From Haliotis rufescens (taxonomy: Eukaryota), in NCBI RefSeq assembly GCF_023055435.1, contig NW_025963890.1, forward strand, positions 15,810,001 to 15,874,000: a DNA stretch of 64,000 nucleotides. Direction: 5' to 3'. A program made the position numbers and the translations under genes. Shown piece after piece: positions 25,076-37,271 of the stretch; positions within the stretch are counted from its first letter, which is position 1; the number at the start of each line of letters is the position of its first letter. The notes under the pieces are model-generated. The model was not told the DNA's origin and made no database searches. It saw only the letters and a list, made by a program, of their open reading frames with translations.

Positions 25076-28000
25076 TACTATGGGTTGCTGAAGACCTATT
25101 CTACCCCGTATCTTCACGGGACTGATACCAGTGATCTATCTCTGAACAAATGTTGCACAAGAATACAGTTGCTGTCAGTTGATCTGTCCATGATAATTAT
25201 CGCATAAAAAGTTTCTTTTAGCCGTGAGCATTTCTGTTATTTGTAACCTCAATCAGTTCTCAAGAGACACGGAAGACAGACACACATTTGTTAAATCAGC
25301 ATACTGTGGCAGTTTAAGTCCAGAGAGACGTCCTGAGGCAGGTTATGAATTTTTTAATGTTCCTAGCAGATAATTCCCATATGCCGTATAACACGGCCGG
25401 GATCCAACCATCGACCTCAGGCTCTGCACTGTGGGACGGATGCCCTCCAGACGCAGATTGAAGCCGTTGACCATCTTGGTAAATGTATAACGATCCACGC
25501 AATGACAATGATTAATGTTATGAATACTGTTTTGCCTTAAAATACTTACTACAGTTGTTTATGAAAATAAATGCGACGAACCCCTAAGTTTCCATATTCA
25601 TAAGAAATCTCTGTAAAAAAAAGAGTCGATTGTTCAATTCCGACTATATCCCGAGCATGTGTTTATGAACCACAGAGCCACGGCCACTGGCTCGCTGACT
25701 TGGTTGATGTATGTTATCGTATCCCAATTGCGTGGATCGATGCTCATGATGTCAATCACTGGACTGTCTGGTCCAGACTCGATTATTTACAGACCGACGT
25801 CATGTAGCTGGAATATTGCTGAATGCGGCGTAAACAACAAATAAAACAACCACCTAAAGGAAGCATATATATCTCTCCAGCAACGTCGAAAGAACATAAT
25901 CATAGTAAGCTCTGACTGATAAATAAAACTGAAGGAAAATCCCAGTGAGATCCAGTAACATGGAGAGAGTCGTAACAAGGAAGTGTCGGATCCGTCATCC
26001 GCGGAGACCTCAACCCTCATTATCCCCAACCCCTGACCCACTTCCCCGTCTGACGTAAACAAACATGCAATGAAACACCCGCAGCGATATTGGCTCTGTT
26101 TCATGTGCTTGATGACTGTTGACAATGCATCGTTGTTTGGGGTCACTTTGACCTACACGACTGTTATATACAAAGCCTCAAGTAGGCTTAATCTTGGGAT
26201 TGCCGAGGTCACAGTGACACTCATTCGCAACTAGAAGGCGAACAACAGGTACAGGTACATAACAGCATTGGGCAGTGGTGTTAATAGGGGTTTAACGTCG
26301 CATACAAGATAATTGTACTTGTATAGCGACGTGCATGCAGGCGTATGTGGCTGCTTGTACTAGTCCGGTCTAATGCTGGTTTAATAGTTCTTGACCACTG
26401 AGATACCATGCCGTAGTTTAAGTCAACCAATCCTTGTTTTAGCCCCCTTAATGCAAGCTTTCGGCAGGGTAACAACAGGATCCATTTTGAAGTTTTTTGG
26501 TATACCGCGCCCGGGGATCGAAGCACCGACTTTCCTCTCTCGGGCCAGACCACGGGGGCGGTCTATTGAACAGTGACCACGTGTGTATGTATGTGTGTGC
26601 ATGTTTGTGTACATGTGTGTGTGCATTTGTGTGTGTGCCATTGCGTGCGTGCGTGACTATATGCCGGTTACTTAGTGCTAGCCGCCCACTAAAGTGACAT
26701 GCCACTGGAATATGCCAACACATAAACTGGCAGTTTGAAAGGTTGATATGACTAGCAAACAAGAGAATCTACGGCAAAACCAACAAAACATAATCATTAT
26801 TATTAATGATTTTATTTATCGACGCGTACAAAAACACTTAACATCGCCTGAAACTGTTTCATAATTCCATAGACAATATATATGCATCAGGCCATGCAGC
26901 ATGGCCCCCGTCTAGCTACATTGGGGCAGGAATAGCATGTAACAATTGTATAATGAACATGACATATGAAAAGAAATATCTCTTACAAAATTCTAGAAAA
27001 TCCCAATGCCTCTGACAGGGATATGGGCCTCGGTGCATCCTCACATCAAGTAGACTTGGGCCCCGTGAAGATCCGGGTTAGGATATAGGTCTTCAGCAAC
27101 CTATGCTTGTCGTAAGTGGCGACTAACTGGATCGAGTAGTCCGGCCTGCTGATGCTTACCATCCTATCCCAATCACTGGATTTTCTGGTTCAGACTCGAT
27201 TATTTACAGACCGCCGTCATATTGCTGGATTATTGTTGACTGCGGCGTTAAACAAACAAACAAATAATGTAGACTTGGACAAACGAATTGACGTAACACT
27301 GCTGCGTTACGACTTTCAGTTTTATCCCGTGGGTCTACTGAATGTTGGTACAGCGAACATGGCGGTGGTTTGACAGATCAACGTTTACGTGCGGAATTCG
27401 AGCACTCGATTAATTTAATGGATCATGTAGGGTGAGGGTACGTATCTCCACACAGCGACATGCGGCACCTTACACCACCAGTGTCTTGGACGAGTTTACC
27501 ACATCCACGTGGAAAGTGTAATGAGTCCTCCGGTTAAATACTTTAGTCAATGTCTTTTATATTGCAACACAGTAAAATCTCTCATTGGTTATACACATAA
27601 TCTGACAAGGAGTACATACCTTTAAAACAGAATATACAGAATACTGAGTACAAAGATGAAATTATTATGGCAAGAAATGGGAACAACATTACTATTCAAA
27701 GCCCGACAGGGTATAATTAATAGCCGCTTAACGCCAAGCAGTGTCCCTACATGTATGTATAACAATTAAAACAGTTATTGAAGCCTAAAGTCAATAACAT
27801 TGAAGCTTCATCCCAATGACCTGTAAGTATTGAAGCTCTAGGCCAATAATATTGAATCTTCATCACAATGACCTGTAAGAACTGAAGCTTTAGGCCAATA
27901 ATATTGAATCTTCATCACGATTACCTGTAAGTACTGAAGCCTTAGGCCAATAATATTGAATCCTCATAACGATGACCTGTAAGTATTGAAGCCTGGATCA

Positions 28001-28321
28001 TACAAAGGCGTCGGTTCGATGGCAGCCAAGAAACCAGTCAGAAGTCACAGGTCAATATCTTAATCGTCTCTTGCGAGGAACATGGATATTTGGGCTTATT
28101 CTGCTCTGGAATCTTCGCTGATTCACGGAATGGACTTAAGAATGTATATTTTACGTATAGTATGTATTAGACGAAACACAAATGGCACATAGTTCTTAGA
28201 AACATGATGTAGTTTATTGGTTGAGTGCAACTGAACCATTACCTACATCAATAGGAATCACTATAACCGGCATTGATGTATTGATGAAACTCAAGTTTGT
28301 ATCACAAGACAGGCACTACTT

Positions 28322-30406
28322 TTAAGCCATTATTTCAACTTGGCTCACAGATCGAGATCGAGAATTTTGAGATTTCTCCTCCTGAACCTCATGCACGATC
28401 TTTTCGAACAAGTCGCAGTTGTCAGCATCTATATACTTCTTGAGTCTTAGAAAAGCGTTCAGATAGCCATTGGTGGCAGTGGTGACGTTGTCGAGCCTGG
28501 CGACAATCACACGGCCGCGACGCTGTTTGACCATGATATTGTAGGTCTCCGTGAACTCGAACATCTTGGAGGGATTGTCCACATAGCTACTAGACAGCAC
28601 AATGACAGCTGCGCGGCTTCTCTGGAGCGTCTTGATAACTTCATCAGTGATCACTGTCCCCGGGTCCATGTCCCGGAGCGGGAAGTACAGTCTGAGGTTG
28701 TGATTCTGCTCCAGTTCATTAAGCAGTTTCTTGGACCAGACTCGGTCAGACTCACTCTCTCCATCCACCGACACAAACAAATCGTACTCCGAGTCCTCAT
28801 CGCTAGTTCGCTTCAGCTTTTTTGCACCCGTATGAAGAAGGTGCATCAATTCATACCGAAACACCACAACAAGGACCACCAAAAGCACAAATATGACTGC
28901 AAATGTTCCCAACAGGGCGCTGAATATCTTAGGAAAAGGACTGCGAATCTGACAGTTAAGTAACCTTTGGTCCGCTCGTACAAGCTGTACCGTATTGCCC
29001 GCTGGCATCAAGCAAGTGATGTCGGTGACGTTGTAGTTCCGAGGTTGGTATCTGAGCCACAGTGACATCCACGTGGAGGAACAGCTGCACACAAATGGGT
29101 TTCTGTTGATGTCTAGTTTAGAATAATGGATGTTCTGGATTTTTTTCGGTAAAAACTCAAGACGATTGTCCGATAGGCCCAGAAATGCAACCCCATTTTG
29201 CAAAAGGTCAATTGCTGAAGGTGCAATAATTTTAATATTATTTCTAGATACGTCAAGATATTTTGTTCTTTGCAAATAACCTACTGCTTCCAAGAAGGTA
29301 ATGGAATTATCGCCAAAAAGCAGTTTTAAATTACCGTCGGGAACCATGGACGGTAAACGTGTCAAGTTTCTACCACGGCAGTCAACCAACATCTGTTTTT
29401 TTGCTGGCTGATCCTGACATAAACATTCTTGAGGACATTTGTCCGTGACATTACACACAAACGCATCCAGTGGCAGACGTAGCACTTGCTTTCCTTTCAG
29501 ATGAGCTGGACTGTCGCAGAGAACATTGAAGTAGTTCCTCCATATTACCATATATAAATTTGATGACAGGTGGAGAAATTCATGAAAATTGCAATCACAG
29601 ATCCACTTATTATGTCTGAAGTCAAACCCCCAATTATCAAATGTCCCACTAATTTTCCGTTTACGAATTCCATAGATCTCCAATTCCTCTAAAACCAATG
29701 TCGTAAACAAATTGTGAGAAAAGCCTACCATACCGGGTCCATAGTGTTTGGATTCATCCACTAACCAGTTTTCTTCGTTTGAAAAATGGGATATGTTATT
29801 GTGACTAAGGCCGAAAACACAGAATTGATGGGTAATCCTTATCGGCCAGGCCTCAGACGCTGTCAGCTCGTTGTAGTCAAGATGAACCCTCATCAATCCA
29901 TGTAAGTCTTCACTGAACACTCCTGGCTCAATAGTATGTATTTTGTTATAAGCAAGGTTGATGTATCTCAACCTTTCCAAACCAACGAACACACCCGTCT
30001 CAACAGATTTAACTTCCTGGTTGACAAGTACCAGAGCTATCAAATTCTTCAGACAGCTAAGGCTGGGAATTGTTTCGATTTTACCGGTCACCGCAAGTAT
30101 ACTTGCAATGTTGGGATAATCACATATATCCTCAGGGAGACGTGTGATGCACAGGTTTGAGAAGAAGAGTCGGAATGGGGATGTTTTGTTGGTGCCGGGT
30201 GGTAGGAGAAGGGTGACGTTGTCAGGCTGACTGCAGTCGTAATTCAAGATGAGGTTCGGCAATCTGTCCTCTGTCATGTTAGTGCAACATATGTCATCTA
30301 CAGAACACTGAAGGACGTCCTCCACGGTGACACTGGTTCCGACAGACACACTGATCAAGACAATCGCGATGAGGAAAACCAAACGTAGTGACAGAGAAAA
30401 CAGCAT
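28322..30406 (-). CDS. Toll-like receptor copy 4, 694 aa (protein identical to copy 2)
   Basis: Intact ORF; translation matches copy 2 at an offset of 15852. Confidence 0.95.
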   Translation of the reverse strand: MLFSLSLRLVFLIAIVLISVSVGTSVTVEDVLQCSVDDICCTNMTEDRLPNLILNYDCSQPDNVTLLLPPGTNKTSPFRLFFSNLCITRLPEDICDYPNIASILAVTGKIETIPSLSCLKNLIALVLVNQEVKSVETGVFVGLERLRYINLAYNKIHTIEPGVFSEDLHGLMRVHLDYNELTASEAWPIRITHQFCVFGLSHNNISHFSNEENWLVDESKHYGPGMVGFSHNLFTTLVLEELEIYGIRKRKISGTFDNWGFDFRHNKWICDCNFHEFLHLSSNLYMVIWRNYFNVLCDSPAHLKGKQVLRLPLDAFVCNVTDKCPQECLCQDQPAKKQMLVDCRGRNLTRLPSMVPDGNLKLLFGDNSITFLEAVGYLQRTKYLDVSRNNIKIIAPSAIDLLQNGVAFLGLSDNRLEFLPKKIQNIHYSKLDINRNPFVCSCSSTWMSLWLRYQPRNYNVTDITCLMPAGNTVQLVRADQRLLNCQIRSPFPKIFSALLGTFAVIFVLLVVLVVVFRYELMHLLHTGAKKLKRTSDEDSEYDLFVSVDGESESDRVWSKKLLNELEQNHNLRLYFPLRDMDPGTVITDEVIKTLQRSRAAVIVLSSSYVDNPSKMFEFTETYNIMVKQRRGRVIVARLDNVTTATNGYLNAFLRLKKYIDADNCDLFEKIVHEVQEEKSQNSRSRSVSQVEIMA

Positions 30407-32232
30407 TATTTGTGTCTTCCAAAATTGTCTGTTAAGAGATGGACACTCGTTTGTGTGTCTTTCAAATCTATCTGCTGAAAGACGAACACGAGTTTCTTTC
30501 AAACCTGTGTCGTCTGCTCGAAGATACTGACATTGATCAAGGCCAACTCGACTCCAATAATACTGCCGTCTGCTAAAAGTGGCGCTGAATTAACATTCGA
30601 CTCACCTCGCAAAACAAACACTCTGAATCGCCCACTTCCTGATTTTTATATTTTAACTCCACGAGTCTTTGTCAGAGCATTTCAGTGCGTATGCTCAGCG
30701 TCCATTGGCTGAGAGTAGTAATGTAGAAGTTCAAAGGTCAAAAGTCGCACCTCACTGCGCGCATAAACAGACGACAATATTTCCACCCGCAGTGAGGCAG
30801 TCTACGGTTGGCGTTCAGAAACGTGATCACAGAGTGATCATGTCATTGTGTCACGTGTATTCTTACAACAAACCATTCAATTATAGACTATATGTATAAC
30901 ACCGTCCTGTTTATTGCATTCAGCAACAGTTCTACATACCTGTCAACTCTCACGCATCTCGCGTGAGTCTCACGCATTTATCACCTATGTCACGCCCACA
31001 CGCAAGGTTGGGAAATTACGGCAAGCATGGGTTGCTGAAGATCTATTCTAACCCGGATCTTCACGGGTCCGTTATATGCTGTGAGATCAATACACAGGAA
31101 CTCGTTATTGGTCAGTAAATAAAGATATAAACCATATCTACTTACAAATAGGGGGTATACATTATATTTATTGACCAATAACAAATTCCTGTGCATCAAT
31201 ATGACTTGACTCGTGCAGTCATGTGGATGTAAACTGTACGAGGCGCTGTTTAATATTTATTCCTGATTTGTTGATATCAATAATTCATTAATTGATAACA
31301 CAAAATAGATTTTCGGATATCGATAAAATCTATGTATGTTTGGATACCAATAAATGAAATTGTGATATCTAAAAACTTAACTTGTGACATCAATAATTCA
31401 CTTCCTGGTTCATGAAAAGAACGAATTCTTCCTTGAGGTCACACCACAGTAAGCTACCAGTCAATGACATCACAAATTCGATTACATATGATATGATAAA
31501 GTGAATTCTGGATATTTAACTAAATCGAACTTGTGATATCAATTAACCATTTTGTCATGTCACTAAATGAATTATTCAATTGATAAAATAAGTAATAAAT
31601 AGTAAAACTACGCGTCATAAAACACTATGCAGCAGCTTTCAGCACTAAATTTGGTAGTGGGTCGTTTACATTATTATGTTAACATTTACAATGTTAAAAA
31701 CTTCAAGATAAGTACTACGAAGTTTGTAAAGGTTTTTTATGGCAATTGAAGTGTAAAGGTTTCACTGCCATGTAGAGCTGGCCACTTAATATATACTTTT
31801 TAATGCTGCAACGTGATTTAACCGATCACTTCGTCAAATATTGATAATTGAAAAAACAAATCTAGTTATCCTTATTCATTCGAGTATGGTCCTGTTTCGC
31901 GTACACAAGATCGATCGAGATTCCAAGCGTGGAAGGCTAACTTAGATTCAAGCAGTGGATGCGTGGTTGTTGTTTGGATGGGTTATAGGGAGGGTGTGGA
32001 TGGCTTCTATCATGGGACGTAACTGAGTCGTCAGGAATGACATTAATTTCGTAGTTTGTCTGGTTTTCTGTCGAACATGTCAAGGACTAGTCTAGGATCC
32101 ACAACACGGTAGTTCCAATCGTATTCAGTATACTTCAATGTTTGAAGTTGCCTACAGGGTCGCGCTTTAGAAAGAAAACTAGTGCTTTCAAATACTTTTT
32201 TTCTCTGCGGTGATGTGATCATTAAATACATA

Positions 32233-33075
32233 TTATCCTTGACACACTATTAAAGTGTTTGTTGCACACCATCGGTTATCATTGACACAATATGAACGTC
32301 TAGGTTGCATCGTGGGTTATCCTTGACACATTATGAAAGTCTAGGTTGCACCGTGGGTTATCTTTGACACATAATAAACGTCTAGGTTGCAGCGTGGGTT
32401 ATCCTTGACACATTATGAACGTCTAGGTTGCAGCGTGGTTTATCCTTGACACATAATAAACGTCTAGGTTGCAGCGTGGGTTATCTTTGACACATTATGA
32501 ACGTCTAGGTTGCACCGTGGGTTATCCTTGACACATAATAAACGTCAAGGTTGCACCGTGGGTTATCTTTGACACATTATGAAAGTCTAGGTTGCACCGT
32601 GGGTTATCTTTGACACACTATGAACGTCTAGGTTGCAGCGTGGGTTATCCTTGACACATTATGAACGTCTAGGTTGCACCGTGGGTTATCCTTGACACAT
32701 AATAAACGTCTAGGTTGCAGCGTGGGTTATCCTTGACACATTATGAACGTCTAGGTTGCGCCGTGGGTTATCCTAGACACACCATGAGAGTCTATGTTGC
32801 ACCGTGGGTTATCCTTGACACATAATAAACGTCTAGGTTGCAGCGTGGGTTATCCTTGACACACCATGCGAGTCTATGTTGCACCGTGGGTTATACTTGA
32901 CACATTATGAACGTCTAGGCTGCGCCGTGGGTTATCTTTGACACATTATGAACGTCTAGGCTGCACCGTGGGTTATCTTTGACACAATATGAACGTCTGG
33001 GTTGCGCTGTGGGTTATACTTGACACACTTTGAACGTCTAGGCTGCACCTTAAGTTATCCTTGACATACTATGAC
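32233..33075. repeat. 41-bp minisatellite, ~20 units
   Basis: Same length as the array at 16381. Confidence 0.95.
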
Positions 33076-36000
33076 ATACTATGGGTTGCTGAAGACCTAT
33101 CCTCCCCGTATCTTCACGGGACTGATACCAGTGATCTATCTCTGAACAAATGTTGCACAAGAATACAGTTGCTGTCAGTTGATCTGTCCATGATAATTAT
33201 CGCATAAAAAGTTTCTTTTAGCCGTGAGCATTTCTGTTATTTGTAACCTCAATCAGTTCTCAAGAGACACGGAAGACAGACACACATTTGTTAAATCAGC
33301 ATACTGTGGCAGTTTAAGTCCAGAGAGACGTCCTGAGGCAGGTTATGAATTTTTTAATGTTCCTAGCAGATAATTCCCATATGCCGTATAACACGGCCGG
33401 GATCCAACCATCGACCTCAGGCTCTGTACTGTGGGACGGATGCCCTCCAGACGCAGATTGAAGCCGTTGACCATCTTGGTAAATGTATAACGATCCACGC
33501 AATGACAATGATTAATGTTATGAATACTGTTTTGCCTTAAAATACTTACTACAGTTGTTTATGAAAATAAATGCGACGAACCCCTAAGTTTCCATATTCA
33601 TAAGAAATCTCTGTAAAAAAAAGAGTCGATTGTTCAATTCCGACTATATCCCGAGCATGTGTTTATGAATCACAGAGCCACGGCCACGCAATGACAATGA
33701 TTAATGTTATGAATACTGTTTTGACTTTAAATAATAGCAATCATCATAGTCAACGGTCACTGCACAATAGACCGTGGCCGGAGAGTGGAAAGTCGGTGCT
33801 TCCATCCCCGGCCGCGTTATACCACTAAAGAAAATACAAAAGATGTGCTTGTTGTTACCCTGCCTGGAGCTTGGCATTCAGGGGATAAAACAAGAACTGG
33901 ACGACTTAAGGTGCGGCATGATATCTTAGAGGTAAAGAACTATAAAACAACAACATATCTGTGATGTTCATAAGCGAGGACTCGCTCTAAACGTTATTCG
34001 TGAACACTCCAATGTTCGTATCTACTGAAGGAAGCGACCTGTGAAGATCCGGGGTCTTCAGCAACCCATGCTTGCCGTAAAAGGTGACTATGCTTGTCGT
34101 AAAAGGCGACTAACGGGATCGGATGGCCAGGCTCGCTGACTTGGTTGATGTATGTTATCGTATCCCAATTGCGTGGATCGATGCTCGTGATGTCAATCAC
34201 TGGACTGTCTGGTCCAGACTCGATTATTTACAGACCGACGTCATGTAGCTGGAATATTGCTGAATGCGGCGTAAACAACAAATAAACCAACCACCTAAAG
34301 GAAGCATATATATCTCTCCAGCAACGTCGAAAGAACATAGTCATAGTAAGCTCTGACTGATAAATAAAACTGAAGGAAAATCCCAGTGAGATCCAGTAAC
34401 ATGGAGATAGTCGTAACAAGGAAGTGTCGGATCCGTCATCCGCGGAGACCTCAACCCTCATTATCCCCAACCCCTGACCCACTTCCCCGTCTGACGTAAA
34501 CAAACATGCAATGAAACACCCGCAGCGATATTGGCTCTGTTTCATGTGCTTGATGACTGTTGACAATGCATCGTTGTTTGGGGTCACTTTGACCTACACG
34601 ACTGTTATATACAAAGCCTCAAGTAGGCTTAATCTTGGGATTGCCGAGGTCACAGTGACACTCATTCGCAACTAGAAGGCGAACAACAGGTACAGGTACA
34701 TAACAGCATTGGGCAGTGGTGTTAATAGGGGTTTAACGTCGCATACAAGATAATTGTACTTGTATAGCGACGTGCATGCAGGCGTATGTGGCTGCTTGTA
34801 CTAGTCCGGTCTAATGCTGGTTTAATAGTTCTTGACCACTGAGATACCATGCCGTAGTTTAAGTCAACCAATCCTTGTTTTAGCCCCCTTAATGCAAGCT
34901 TTCGGCAGGGTAACAACAGGATCCATTTTGAAGTTTTTTGGTATACCGCGCCCGGGGATCGAAGCACCGACTTTCCTCTCTCGGGCCAGACCACGGGGGC
35001 GGTCTATTGAACAGTGACCACGTGTGTATGTATGTGTGTGCATGTTTGTGTACATGTGTGTGTGCATTTGTGTGTGTGCCATTGCGTGCGTGCGTGACTA
35101 TATGCCGGTTACTTAGTGCTAGCCGCCCACTAAAGTGACATGCCACTGGAATATGCCAACACATAAACTGGCAGTTTGAAGGTTGATATGACTAGCAAAC
35201 AAGAGAATCTACGGCAAAACCAACAAAACATAATCATTATTATTAATGATTTTATTTATCGACGCGTACAAAAACACTTAACATCGCCTGAAAGTCTTTC
35301 ATAATTCCATAGACAATATATATGCATCAGGCAATGCAGCATGGCCCCCGTCTAGCTACATTGGGGCAAGAATAGCATGTAACAATTGTATAATGAACAT
35401 GACATATGAAAATTAATATCTCTTACAAAATTCTAGAAAATTCCAATGCCTCTGACAGGGATATGGGCCTCGGTGCATCCTAACATCAAGTAGACTTGGG
35501 CCCCATGAAGATCCGGGTTAGGATATAGGTCTTCAGCAACCTATGCTTGTCGTAAGTGGCGACTGGATCGAGTAGTCCGGCCTGCTGATGCATACCATCC
35601 TATCCCAATCACTGGATTTTCTGGTTCAGACTCGATTATTTACATACCGCCGTCATATTGCTGGATTATTGTTGACTGCGGCGTTAAACAAACAAACAAA
35701 TAATGTAGACTTGGACAAACGAATTGACGTAACACTGCTGCGTTACGACTTTCAGTTTTATCCCGTGGGTCTACTGAATGATGGTACAGCGAACAGGGCT
35801 GTGGTTTGACAGATCAACGTTTACGTGCGGAATTCGAGCACTCGATTAATTTAATGGATCATGTAGGGTGAGGGTACGTATCTCCACACAGCGACATGCG
35901 GCACCTTACACCACCAGTGCCTTGGACGAGTTTACCACATCCACGTGGAAAGTGTAATGAGTCCTCCGGTTAAATACTTTAGTCAATGTCTTTTATATTG

Positions 36001-36212
36001 CAACACAGTAAAATCTCTCATTGGTTATACACATAATCTGACAAGGAGTACATACCTTTAAAACAGAATATACAGAATACTGAGTACAAAGATGAAATTA
36101 TTATGGCAAGAAATGGGAACAACATTACTATTCAAAGCCCGACAGGGTATAATTAATAGCCGCTTAACGCCAAGCAGTGTCCCTACATGTATGTATAACA
36201 ATTAAAACAGTT

Positions 36213-36949
36213 ATTGAAGCCTAAAGTCAATAACATTGAAGCTTCATCCCAATGACCTGTAAGTATTGAAGCTCTAGGCCAATAATATTGAATCTTCATC
36301 ACAATGACCTGTAAGAACTGAAGCTTTAGGCCAATAATATTGAATCTTCATCACGATTACCTGTAAGTACTGAAGCCTTAGGCCAATAATATTGAATCTT
36401 CATCACAATGACCTGTAAGAACTGAAGCTTTAGGCCAATAATATTGAATCTTCATCACGATTACCTGTAAGTACTGAAGCCTTAGGCCAATAATATTGAA
36501 TCTTCATCACAATGACCTGTAAGAACTGAAGCTTTAGGCCAATAATATTGAATCTTCATCACGATTACCTGTAAGAACTGAAGCTTTAGGCCAATAATAT
36601 TGAATCTTCATCACGATTACCTGTAAGTACTGAAGCCTTAGGCCAATAATATTGAATCTTCATCACAATGACCTGTAAGAACTGAAGCTTTAGGCCAATA
36701 ATATTGAATCTTCATCACGATTACCTGTAAGTACTGAAGCCTTAGGCCAATAATATTGAATCTTCATCACAATGACCTGTAAGAACTGAAGCTTTAGGCC
36801 AATAATATTGAATCTTCATCACGATTACCTGTAAGAACTGAAGCTTTAGGCCAATAATATTGAATCTTCATCACGATTACCTGTAAGTACTGAAGCCTTA
36901 GGCCAATAATATTGAATCCTCATAACGATGACCTGTAAGTATTGAAGCC
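36213..36949. repeat. 52-bp minisatellite, ~14 units, downstream of TLR copy 5
   Basis: Unit starts 36235 to 36911. Confidence 0.95.
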
Positions 36950-37271
36950 TGGATCATACAAAGGCGTCGGTTCGATGGCAGCCAAGAAACCAGTCAGAAG
37001 TCACAGGTCAATATCTTAATCGTCTCTTGCGAGGAACATGGATATTTGGGCTTATTCTGCTCTGGAATCTTCGCTGATTCACGGAATGGACTTAAGAATG
37101 TATATTTTACGTATAGTATGTATTAGACGAAACACAAATGGCACATAGTTCTTAGAAACATGATGTAGTTTATTGGTTGAGTGCAACTGAACCATTACCT
37201 ACATCAATATGAATCACTATAACCGGCATTGATGTATTGATGAAACTCAAGTTTGTATCACAAGACAGGCA

